NCBI GenBank assembly: GCA_918797485.1
Contig: CAKKNE010000005.1
Location: 3,534,001 to 3,598,000 of the forward strand
DNA from: Pelagomonas calceolata
Taxonomy: Eukaryota
DNA length: 64,000 bases
Reading direction: 5' to 3'
Shown here: piece by piece, positions 48,979 to 57,891 of the stretch
How positions within the stretch are numbered: position 1 is the first letter of the stretch
Layout of the letters: the number at the start of each line of letters is the position of its first letter
The notes under the pieces: model-generated
Database searches by the model: none
What the model was told of the DNA's origin: nothing
Seen by the model: only the letters and a program-made list of their open reading frames with translations
Made by a program: the position numbers and the translations under genes

Positions 48979-50358
48979 TTATTGCCTTGATCCCTTCGTC
49001 ACGCGCTCGAACGCCGCCTGGAGGCGCTCGTAGCGCGCCGTCGCGTCGTCGCGCCGCGGCACGACGCGCGTCCGGTGCGGCGCGGCCCTCCGGCGCGGCG
49101 GCGTCGGCGCCTCCTCGGACGAGTCCGGCTCCGACCAGTAGGACGGTTTTTCTGGTGGCGGCGGTTTTGGTGAGGGCGGCCGTCTAGGAGGCGACGCGCT
49201 CGGCGTCGGCGGCCGCTCCCGCCGCTTCGGCGCGCGGCCCAGCGCCGCGCGCAGCGCGTCGACCTCGTCGGTCAGCCGTCTAGCTTCGCGCTCCGCGTCC
49301 GTACAACGGTCCTCGGCCGCGCGCCGCAGCGCTTCGAGATCGCGCGCGCGCCGCGTCCCCCGGTTTTGAGCTTCGCGGAGCTGGTCCCGCAGCGCTTCTT
49401 CCCTTTTAGAAGCCTCCGCGGCGGCCTCGGCGAATTTCGTGTACGACTCCGTGCGCCTTCGGTCCGCGTCGCGCCGCATGATCAACCGCCTCTGTTCACC
49501 GTCGCGCTCGGCCTCGACGGCCGCTAAGCGCCGTTTCAATTCATTGCATTCATTCTCCGCAGCGTCGGCGCGGCGGCGCTCGTCGCCGACACGCCGTCGT
49601 AAAGCCCCGCCGAGCTCGACGGCGCGGCGCTCGCGTTTTCTAGCGTCGTTCAGCGCGGTCTTGACCGTCGCCGTGGCCTCGCGCGCCGCCAACAGCTCTT
49701 TTTTTAGGGCCGTCTCGTCCGACTTTTTTTCGATCTGCTGCGGCGTCGGGGTCATACTACGCCGCCGCCGCTCCCGTTCGAGCTCCCTTTTCAAGGCGTC
49801 GCGCTCCTGCTCGACGAGGTGCTTCTCCGCGGTGACCTCCCTTATTGTACCGCTGAGGCCGGCGATCCGCAGCTTGAGCCGCTCCTCTATTGACTTCGCG
49901 GGCGCGTTCTCCGGCCGTCTTATATTGCGATCGTCGACGGCCACGGTCTGATTCGTTGTGAAGGCCGGCGACGGCGGCGGCAGCGTTGATGGACTGCCGG
50001 CCGTCCACATTTCTGAAGGACGCTGCCGCGGCGGCGGCGTCGGCGGCAGCGCGCTGTCGTCGTCGTCCTCCTCGCACCGTCGCAGCGCGCCGCCTATGTT
50101 CACGACCGGCGACGCCGGCTCGCGGATCGGCGGGTTTTCCGCTTGTAACCGGGCCTCGCGCAGCTTCCGCGCCGACTCGTCGCGCCGCTGGGCCAGGGCG
50201 GCGTCGGCCTCCTGGAGCTTTATGGCGCGCTCCGCGAGGAAGGAGTCGACGACGGTCCCATCATTTGTGACGTGGAGCTCGAGCGACGGCTCGCTCGCGT
50301 CGTCGACCAGGTCGTCGGCGAAGGTTTCTCTGTCATTTAAAAGGTCGACGACGTCCAT
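48979..50358 (-). CDS. Coiled-coil hypothetical protein
   Basis: Long E/R/A-rich heptad regions flanked by Pro-rich stretches. Confidence 0.6.
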   Translation of the reverse strand: MDVVDLLNDRETFADDLVDDASEPSLELHVTNDGTVVDSFLAERAIKLQEADAALAQRRDESARKLREARLQAENPPIREPASPVVNIGGALRRCEEDDDDSALPPTPPPRQRPSEMWTAGSPSTLPPPSPAFTTNQTVAVDDRNIRRPENAPAKSIEERLKLRIAGLSGTIREVTAEKHLVEQERDALKRELERERRRRSMTPTPQQIEKKSDETALKKELLAAREATATVKTALNDARKRERRAVELGGALRRRVGDERRRADAAENECNELKRRLAAVEAERDGEQRRLIMRRDADRRRTESYTKFAEAAAEASKREEALRDQLREAQNRGTRRARDLEALRRAAEDRCTDAEREARRLTDEVDALRAALGRAPKRRERPPTPSASPPRRPPSPKPPPPEKPSYWSEPDSSEEAPTPPRRRAAPHRTRVVPRRDDATARYERLQAAFERVTKGSRQ

Positions 50359-50738
50359 TGTTTTGCGCGCTGTGCTGTTTTTTGCTTTGCTTTGCTTAGA
50401 GCTAGGCCGCCTAGCCACCACGACCGCCGCGGTGCTTTAAACTGGTGAGTCTGTGCGTTTGCTCGTGATGCTTCGGCTGCGGGGCAAATGAGCCCGCGTT
50501 TTCTCGCGACCGCAGCCAATGGCAATAGTCAAGCACTGTGCAAATGCTGGAAAAGACAGACTGGCACGTATGGCCGAGCACAGCCCCTGTCAAGATCAAA
50601 ATGGAGCCATAATCATCTAGTGTCATCGACACACTAGGATTTAGCGCACGGAGGAGTCCTAGCACCGTAACATCGACTACGAGGAGTCTCCCTCGACGCC
50701 GTCGCCGCGACAGGAAGAGACTAACATAAACCCCGAAC

Positions 50739-51609
50739 TTAGGACACGGTACACGTGTCGGCGACCTCGTCGGGGACCAGCGACTCGATGATCGCCTCCT
50801 TGTCCGCCTTGCACTGCTCGATGGCGTCCCGCAACCTTAAATTGGCGTGCTCCTGGCGCTGCAAGGCGTCCTTGACATCTTTATAATTTTCTTTGATCTG
50901 CGTGATGTGTCGGAGCGTGTCGTAATGGAGCCTGATGACGAACTTGACCATTTCCGAGTCGTCGCGCAGTTTCTGCGGGACCATGGCCAGCTGGTCGTTC
51001 TCGGAGCAGTCCAACACCTCTAATGTATCTAAGCCGCCGATCTCCACGGGTAGAGTCTCCAACCGATTATGCTTGAGGCGCAGTTCCCTCAACTGCTGCA
51101 AGGAACCCAACGACGCCGGCACCGTCACCAGCGAGTTGTGCTCGGCGTTGAGCTCCTCGAGGAAGAAACACGAGCCCAGTTCCTGCGCGGAGCATCGCGG
51201 TTGCTCGACGCGGTCCGAATGGCCTCGGAATCGAAAAAGAAACCACCCACTTCATGGTGAGATGGACACGAGTCGTTTGAATGAAGTGAAGGCGCCTCAA
51301 CACGACGGGACGCCGAGATCGCACCTTGGGTATATCTTCCAAATAATTATGGTCGACGTTTAGTATCCTTAACCGCGTGCACTTGCCGATCGTCCTTGGT
51401 AATGCCTCTAACCTGTTGTGACTGACGTCGAGCTTCCACATGAATTCTAACGTGCCGATGGTCTTCGGTAGGGTGCTCAGCTCGTTGTGCTCCAATTGCA
51501 CGCGCTTGCTTCGCGGATCGAGGGGGTGCTCATCGAGCGTCCGCCAGCCGCGCATGGCCAGATCTACCAAACCTTCTTCCACTTCATCTAACTCGTCTTC
51601 GTCGATCAT
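50739..51609 (-). CDS. Leucine-rich-repeat protein with a C-terminal coiled coil; join(51609-51325, 51182-50739)
   Basis: LxxLxLxxNxLxxLP repeats continue across a 142-nt GT-AG intron (EDIPK|ELGSC). Confidence 0.85.
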
Positions 51610-52392
51610 GATGCCTTAGTGCGGCGGCTCAGGTGTCCACAGCTGGTCTGGCTCGATGGCTTTGACTCCTGCAGCCGAATAAAGCTCGTCAGACGAATGG
51701 CGTCCTTGTAATGCGTGCAGCCCGACGGCTCCTACGTCGGAGGGCAGCCATTTTGCGGGCCTGTATAGGCTGCCGCTGCCGGGCGCTTTGCCCAAGGTGG
51801 GAGGCGCAAGACTAAATTTGTTAATTTTTTCGTGGGCTCGGAGTACTCCCTGTGAGGCCTAGAACGCCTGTTAAGGAAGCATGAGGGGGCTCACATTTAG
51901 GCGCTTTAGTGAGGTCTCGCCAGGCTTGTCCGCATAGCAGGCGGCAAACAGCGACGCTAGACGGCTGCTCTGGACGCGGTACGTTGCTCTGCGCTTAAAA
52001 TCACTGCTCTCGGCACTGTGTTCAAAATCGCTTGCGCTGCGGGCGTCCTCGCGGCGATCAGCAGCTCCAGCGACTGAAAGGCGAGGGTGGCCCAGCGGCG
52101 CGGCGCGGGACGCGCACGCGGCACCAATCGCCGAGCGAGCTACCACGGGTCGCGCGCGGCCGCTGAGCATCTCTTGCACACGTGAGGAGGCCCAGCGCGC
52201 CGCTCGCCGCTCGCCGGCGGCACCCGAGACCGCTACGCTCCCCTGAGCAAGGCGGACACGGGCACGCTCGTCGAAGCACTCGTGACGCCGTCGACGCGAC
52301 GCCGTCGACGCGGCACCACGCCATCGAGACCACGCGCACGCGAGGCGCTCACCGTTCATACCACGCAGGTCCGTGACGCGTCTTGAGCGACC

Positions 52393-53124
52393 ATGAAGCT
52401 CAACATCGCCTGCCCGTCGACGGGCGCCCAGAAGTGGGTCGAGGTCGACGACGAGAAGAAGCTGCGCGCGTTGTACGACAACCGCATCGGCGCCGAGGTC
52501 GAGGGCGAAGCATTGGGCGAGGAGTTCAACGGTTATGTCTTCCGTATTTCTGGAGGCAACGACAAGCAGGGCTTCCCCATGAAGCAGGGTGTGCTCTGCA
52601 ACCACCGCGTCAAGCTCCTGTTGAGGGCGGGCGCGTCGTGCTACCGCCAGCGGAGGTCGGGCGAGCGCAAGCGCAAGTCGGTCCGAGGGTGTGTGGTTGG
52701 CCCGGACCTCGCCGTGCTCAACCTAGTAGTGGTCAAGCAGGGCGACGCCGAGATCGAGGGCCTCACGGACACGCAGGTGCCGGTTAGGTTAGGCCCCAAG
52801 CGCGCGAACAAGATTCGCAAGCTCTTCGCGCTGTCGAAGGAGGACGACGTGCGCAAGTACGTCATCCGCCGCAAGTTCACGAAGAAGAACGGCAAGGAGG
52901 TGACCAAGGCGCCCAAAATCCAGCGGCTCATCACGCCGATCATGCTCCAGCGCAAGCGCGACATGAAGCGCAAGAAGATGGCCCAGGTGGCCAAGGTCAA
53001 GAAGGACGCGGAGGAGTACCACCGCGTCCAGACGCAGCACATCCAGGCCGCGCGGGCCTCGCGGCGCTCGGCCGTGTCGAAGCGCCGGTCGTCGCGGCGC
53101 TCCAAGGCCGAGGCGACGGCGTAG
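52393..53124 (+). CDS. RPS6: 40S ribosomal protein S6 (eS6)
   Basis: [55 protein letters not shown]. Confidence 0.97.
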   Translation: MKLNIACPSTGAQKWVEVDDEKKLRALYDNRIGAEVEGEALGEEFNGYVFRISGGNDKQGFPMKQGVLCNHRVKLLLRAGASCYRQRRSGERKRKSVRGCVVGPDLAVLNLVVVKQGDAEIEGLTDTQVPVRLGPKRANKIRKLFALSKEDDVRKYVIRRKFTKKNGKEVTKAPKIQRLITPIMLQRKRDMKRKKMAQVAKVKKDAEEYHRVQTQHIQAARASRRSAVSKRRSSRRSKAEATA

Positions 53125-53188
53125 GCGCGGGCTAACAAACTTAGATCAATTCGCCTTCTTCTTGGCTGTGTGCCGTACGCGTACGCTT

Positions 53189-53212
53189 CCTAGTGTCTTA
53201 CAGGACGCTAGC
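53189..53212 (+). promoter_or_regulatory. Double-CTAG intergenic motif
   Basis: CCTAGTGTCTTACAGGACGCTAGC upstream of SELENOS. Confidence 0.6.
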
Positions 53213-53423
53213 CCACTTTGCGCGACGGCGTGCGGCGTTCATCGTAGTTCTCGGCGTTTCGCCGCTGTGTAAATAGCCTCGACGCTACCGCTTCGCGGCG
53301 GCGACCAGCTCTGCTGCGCTGTAGCGCTTCGCGGACTCATTCTCAATCTAGCGCCTGTAGCGCCTTGTACTCCTGCTGCGCAAACGCCGACGGCGCGCGC
53401 TGTAAGAGGAAGAGCGCTCGAAG

Positions 53424-53825
53424 ATGGACGCAGTCATGCGCCTCCTCGCGGACCCCGCCGAGGCCTTCGCGCAGTACGGCTGGTACCTGGTCGGCGCCGC
53501 GGTGGTCTATTTTTACGTGCTGCGGCCGTACGTCGACGGCGAGGTAGCGCGTAGGAAGCTCGCGGAGGCGAACGACCCGTCGCGGCGGCGGGCGCTCGAC
53601 GAGAAGCGCGCCGCGGCCATCGCCGACCGGCAGGCGAGCCTCGACAAGGCGGCGAAGGAGCGGCCGCCGCCGCCCAAACCGAAGCCGAAGCCAAAGCCAA
53701 AGCCCAAAGCGCCGGCCTCGTTCGGCGGTGGCGGGCCGTTGATGGGCCACCGGGGCGGCGGCTCGAGCTACCAGCGCCCGAACCCGCGGTCGCGCCGGCC
53801 CGGCGGCGGCGGCGGCTGAGGCTAG
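53424..53825 (+). CDS. SELENOS: Selenoprotein S (SelS/VIMP)-like, with Sec encoded by TGA 53817-53819
   Basis: YGWY + TM helix, coiled coil, Gly-rich tail ...RRPGGGGG-TGA-GGC-TAG (GGUG*); SECIS-like stem downstream. Confidence 0.85.
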
Positions 53826-53870
53826 GCCCCGCACGCGCTGCGGGGCGACACCGAAACACGCGAACGGACG

Positions 53871-53934
53871 CCTCCCGGTCCCAATGACGGCGCGGCCCGC
53901 TACCTATGCGGCCCGCGCCCGACGACCTCAGGGG
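53871..53934 (+). promoter_or_regulatory. SECIS element candidate
   Basis: Helix I GGTC/GACC; core ATGAC (53884) ... CGAC (53920); helix II GGCGCGG-C-CCGC / GCGG-C-CCGCGCC; loop TACCTAT. Confidence 0.7.
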
Positions 53935-53982
53935 TAGTTCGACGTAAAAGTTGTAGTATTACTAGTCTCGACGGCCGTCGCG

Positions 53983-55437
53983 TCAGTCGTCGTCCGGTAG
54001 CGGCGGTAGCGGCCCCAACCAACTTGCGGACTTCACACACACATTGCAGCGGCGGCGCCCAACCAACTTTGGCGACTTCCAGGACCATTGCTTTTTCGAA
54101 AACGCCGCCTCGGGCAGCAATTTACCGCACGCCGCGCAAATCTTGACTTCCAACGGCGGCTTCACCGGCCACGCCGTACTACGGAGTATCATCGGCGGCG
54201 GCGGCGGCTGAAATAGAGGTATCGAGCCTTCTACTATCGGCGGCATGTACGGTGCCGGCGGCATGTATATCGGCGGCGGGTATGACGGCGGCGGCGGGTC
54301 GGGACCTATATAAAGTGAGTCGACCCGAGGCTGGAACTGATACGTCGTAATCACTAATTTCTGCTGCTCGTCCGTGATGTAGACGAGGCCCCCGTACTCG
54401 ATTTTCCAGCGCTTGTCGCCCCGCGCGCCGTCGCGTGCCCGTGTAATCGTCCCGTATTTCTTGGCCGTCTGGAGATCGCGGAGCGCCACCGCGCGCTGCT
54501 GCATGCGCGCCGCTCCGTGGGCCGTCGGGACCGCCGTGTAGGCGCTCGTGGCGCGCGACGCGAACGTGGCAGCGGTGGCGCGTGACGAGATCGTGACGCC
54601 CGACACCTCGCTCGCTTCGTCCGCCTGGCGCGAGCGGTGACCCCCGTCGAACGCGATCTCGCGCAGGAGATCGTCATCCAGGGGCGCGGCGGCGGAGCGA
54701 GACGCGGCGAGAGTGGGCAGGCACGTCGGCGCGAGAGGGGACGCCTCGAGACGCCGGACGTCGACGGCCTTGCGGTTCTGGATTCGGAACTCGATACGGT
54801 CACCCATGCAAAGGAAAATCCTTCCTCCAGAAGCGCCCGCAAACGACTTCGACACGTAGACATCGTTGCCCGTCTGGTCGACTCGCACGATTCCCCCCCG
54901 TGAGTGCCTGTTATCCTTACCGGTAAGGGTACGCGGCAATGATCTTCCCATCTCTGTAACCTTACCGGTGTAGACGATATCCTCCGACGGAGCAAGTGAC
55001 ATAATGTTGGACCGCAGCTGCGCGAATTTATCCGCGCACGCAGCTCGGAGTCCGTCCACTGAATCAGAACGGATATAGAGCAAGGTGCAATGATTCTCGA
55101 TCTCCCGGCGCGTTTGTTTATCAAGGTTCATCCATGCCCGTCTGAACTCGGCATCGAAATCTTTGCATTCCGGGTTGAGAGCGTTCTGTAGCGGCGAAAT
55201 CAAGTAGAGGCCGGCGTGTCGCGCGACTTGCGTGAGTCGCGTCGGCGACTCGGCGTCCCGCGCTCGGCGTCGTTGCGCACGGCTCAGAGCCCTATCGGTG
55301 AAAGGGTCCTGCGAGACCTCCTGCTGCACAGCGGGCGTTGGCGTGAGCGCTAATCCATCGAGCGCCTTTGCCGCCCAGGCATCTAGGCCAGTGTTCTCAT
55401 CGACCGCTTCGAGCGCCGGTCTACCGGTGAAAGCCAT
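53983..55437 (-). CDS. Hypothetical multidomain protein (OB-like segment, DUF4258-like segment, C-terminal C4 zinc finger)
   Basis: HGAARMQQRAV...LQTAKKYG...GLVYITD...VITTY; CAACGK...FSKKQW...RRCNVC. Confidence 0.6.
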   Translation of the reverse strand: MAFTGRPALEAVDENTGLDAWAAKALDGLALTPTPAVQQEVSQDPFTDRALSRAQRRRARDAESPTRLTQVARHAGLYLISPLQNALNPECKDFDAEFRRAWMNLDKQTRREIENHCTLLYIRSDSVDGLRAACADKFAQLRSNIMSLAPSEDIVYTGKVTEMGRSLPRTLTGKDNRHSRGGIVRVDQTGNDVYVSKSFAGASGGRIFLCMGDRIEFRIQNRKAVDVRRLEASPLAPTCLPTLAASRSAAAPLDDDLLREIAFDGGHRSRQADEASEVSGVTISSRATAATFASRATSAYTAVPTAHGAARMQQRAVALRDLQTAKKYGTITRARDGARGDKRWKIEYGGLVYITDEQQKLVITTYQFQPRVDSLYIGPDPPPPSYPPPIYMPPAPYMPPIVEGSIPLFQPPPPPMILRSTAWPVKPPLEVKICAACGKLLPEAAFSKKQWSWKSPKLVGRRRCNVCVKSASWLGPLPPLPDDD

Positions 55438-55560
55438 GGAAATTCTTGTTGTTCTAGGGACGCTTGAAGAGCCGAGAGAGCGCGCACACTCGCTCGCGCG
55501 CGCGCGCGCGCTTTGCTAAGATCAAATCGGGTTTTTCAGGCAGGCTACAAGCAATCAATA

Positions 55561-57570
55561 TTACGGCGGAGAACTCACACTCCCGGACGAACCAGACCCG
55601 AGCAGCGCGTCGTGCGTCGCCGCCGCCGCCCGCGCGTCGTCCGCGTGCGACTTGACCTGCGCCTCGGCGCCCCGCAGACTGGCGCGCAAACCCGCCGACT
55701 CCGCCTCCCAGGCCTGCTGGAGCTTCGCGACCTCGCCGCGCAGGTCGTCGCGCTCCCGCGAGTGCACGACGATGACGGCCTCGACCCGTCCCAGCTCGGC
55801 GCGCGCGACGGCCGACGCCGCTTCCGGCGCCTCGTCGTCCACGAGCACGCCCTCCACGGAGCCACCCGCGCCCGATGCGGCCAGCGCGTCCCGCAACCGC
55901 TCGCACGTCTCCTCCCTCCTTTGATGCGCGCTCTCGTCGCCCATGCTCTCGCGGCGCCGGAACCGCGGCGGCTTGGCCTCGGCGGCGGCGTCGGCGTCCG
56001 CCAGCGCCGCCGCGGCGGCCGCCCTAGCCGCGCGCGCGTCGGCCTCCTCCGCCGCCGCGACGGCCGAGTCCGCGAAGGCCGCCTCGTGCGCCGCTATGCA
56101 CCCCGTCGCCTCGCGGCGCGCGTCGCGCGCCGCTCTTCGTAGACCGTCCCGCCGCGTGAGCGACGAGTCGAGGACGCGCCGCAAAGCTGCCTCCTCTTGA
56201 CTAGCCGCCCGCAACGCCGCCTCGAGTCTACCAGAAACATCTTTGGTCTCGAGGCGCGCCGCCGCGAGCAGGTCGTCGACCTCGGCGACGGCCTGCCGCG
56301 CCTTCGAGGCCAGCGCGTCGTGCTCCGAGGGCGGCGGCGGCGGCGTATCTCCATCATCGCCGAAGGGGTTCGGCGCCGCGAGGAGCGGCCCGAGCGCCGA
56401 GACCGCCTCGGACTCGTCCCTTCTCCAGTCGCTTTCGGCCTCCAATCCATGTAAGGACGCCGCCGCGGCTCGTCTATGATCCGCGAGAGCCCGCTCGGCG
56501 GCTTTCCGCTGTTCCACGGCCCGCTCGACGCCCCGCCGATCGTGAGGAAGCACCTCCTCTTCGAGGCTCCTTAATGCAGCGTCCGCGATGCCGGCCTCGT
56601 CCGTGGCCGCGCGCGCGTCGGCGTGGCGCGCCGCGACGGCGCGCTTGCGTCGTCTAGCCGTCTCCTGGAGGAAGCGCAGCCGGTCGTCGGCGACGCGGTC
56701 CTCGGCGGCCCGCTGGTCGGCGACGCGCTCCCGCATCGCTTGCTGCGCGTTCGACGCCGCGGCGTCGGCGGCTTCCGCCTCGACGGACTTTCGAAGTTCC
56801 TGCGCTGCGATTAACTCCGCGGCCTCGGCAGCCTCCAACTCTCCGCGTAATCTTTCCCGCGTCGCCTCTTGCGACGCCTGGGCTTCGCTACGGGAGCTTG
56901 CCGCGGCATCACGCGCCTTGGCGAAGGAAGCTAGAGCGTCGCGCCGCGCGATCAAAGCTGATAGCGCCTGCTCGCAGCGCGAGGCCTTGACCTCGAGGCC
57001 GCCCGTCGCGCCGGCGACCTCGGCTTCCCGCGCTCGCAGTTTACGTTCCAGCTCGTCGCGCGTCTTCTGCGCCGTGAGCGCGTCCGCCTCAGCCAAGAGC
57101 CGTCTTTTCCGCGCGGCGACGATGGCCGACTTCGTCGCGTCCGCGGCCGTCTCCCTTAGTAAAAACGCGGCAAAAGCATCTGAACGCACGCAGGGGCCCG
57201 ACGCGTAGACGTCGCGCAGCCAGCGCTCCCACTCTCGTCTTCTCGCTTCGACGGCCTTGTTCCATTCGTCGCGCGCTGAGCGGGCCTTCGCGCGGCGCTT
57301 CTGGTCGTCTCTAAATAAAGCCGCCATGAGCGGGTAATTCGTGTCCTCCTCCCGCTCGTCGGGCGCCGCCGGCGCCGCGCGGGTTGCGGAGGGCGGCTCC
57401 GGCGTCTGGTCCTCGCACTCCGTGGACAGGGTCTGCGCGAAGCTCTGGAGCTGGGCCTCGCTCACCGCGGGCCGGACGACGCCATGTCTTTCAATGACGT
57501 CGAAGGCCGCGGGCAGGTTCTTGAGGGGCGGGGCCGTGGCCAGACGTACTGACGGTCCTGCTGTGGCCAT
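55561..57570 (-). CDS. Coiled-coil protein with a possible PX-like N-terminal region
   Basis: VEARRREWERWL...SDAFAAFL resembles the PX C-terminal helices; long Ala/Arg/Glu heptads. Confidence 0.55.
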   Translation of the reverse strand: MATAGPSVRLATAPPLKNLPAAFDVIERHGVVRPAVSEAQLQSFAQTLSTECEDQTPEPPSATRAAPAAPDEREEDTNYPLMAALFRDDQKRRAKARSARDEWNKAVEARRREWERWLRDVYASGPCVRSDAFAAFLLRETAADATKSAIVAARKRRLLAEADALTAQKTRDELERKLRAREAEVAGATGGLEVKASRCEQALSALIARRDALASFAKARDAAASSRSEAQASQEATRERLRGELEAAEAAELIAAQELRKSVEAEAADAAASNAQQAMRERVADQRAAEDRVADDRLRFLQETARRRKRAVAARHADARAATDEAGIADAALRSLEEEVLPHDRRGVERAVEQRKAAERALADHRRAAAASLHGLEAESDWRRDESEAVSALGPLLAAPNPFGDDGDTPPPPPSEHDALASKARQAVAEVDDLLAAARLETKDVSGRLEAALRAASQEEAALRRVLDSSLTRRDGLRRAARDARREATGCIAAHEAAFADSAVAAAEEADARAARAAAAAALADADAAAEAKPPRFRRRESMGDESAHQRREETCERLRDALAASGAGGSVEGVLVDDEAPEAASAVARAELGRVEAVIVVHSRERDDLRGEVAKLQQAWEAESAGLRASLRGAEAQVKSHADDARAAAATHDALLGSGSSGSVSSPP

Positions 57571-57758
57571 CTTTTGCCGCTGTCGCGCTGGAGTATCTCT
57601 CTTGGTTGGATTTGGGCTCTCTGGCTTCTCACGGCCTGTGGCAGCGCGTGGAGCGGAGGCGCGCTGGACTGCGGTCTCGCGGCGACTGTCCACGCGCCCG
57701 CAGGTTGAATCAGTGTCCAAGACAGCCAGACAGCTCGACGCCCAATTGGCCAAAAGGA

Positions 57759-57782
57759 GCTAGCGGCATGTAACACACTAGC
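57759..57782 (-). promoter_or_regulatory. Double-CTAG intergenic motif
   Basis: Reverse complement GCTAGTGTGTTACATGCCGCTAGC between divergent starts. Confidence 0.6.
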
Positions 57783-57891
57783 AAATGGCTACATCGCTTT
57801 TTTGCGTCGTACGCGCGCATTGCTTGCCTAGCGACACGCTAAGACATAGCACGCATCTATGCCCACAGTGGTGCTGCCGTGAGGAGCATCC

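Noticed and set aside
51183..51324. LRR-gene intron (and 15332-15478, 11668-11735, 11842-11907) as members of the TIR introner family
   Set aside because: No CTGTGTGGAAATCAA TIR or convincing TSD; treated as ordinary or unassignable introns
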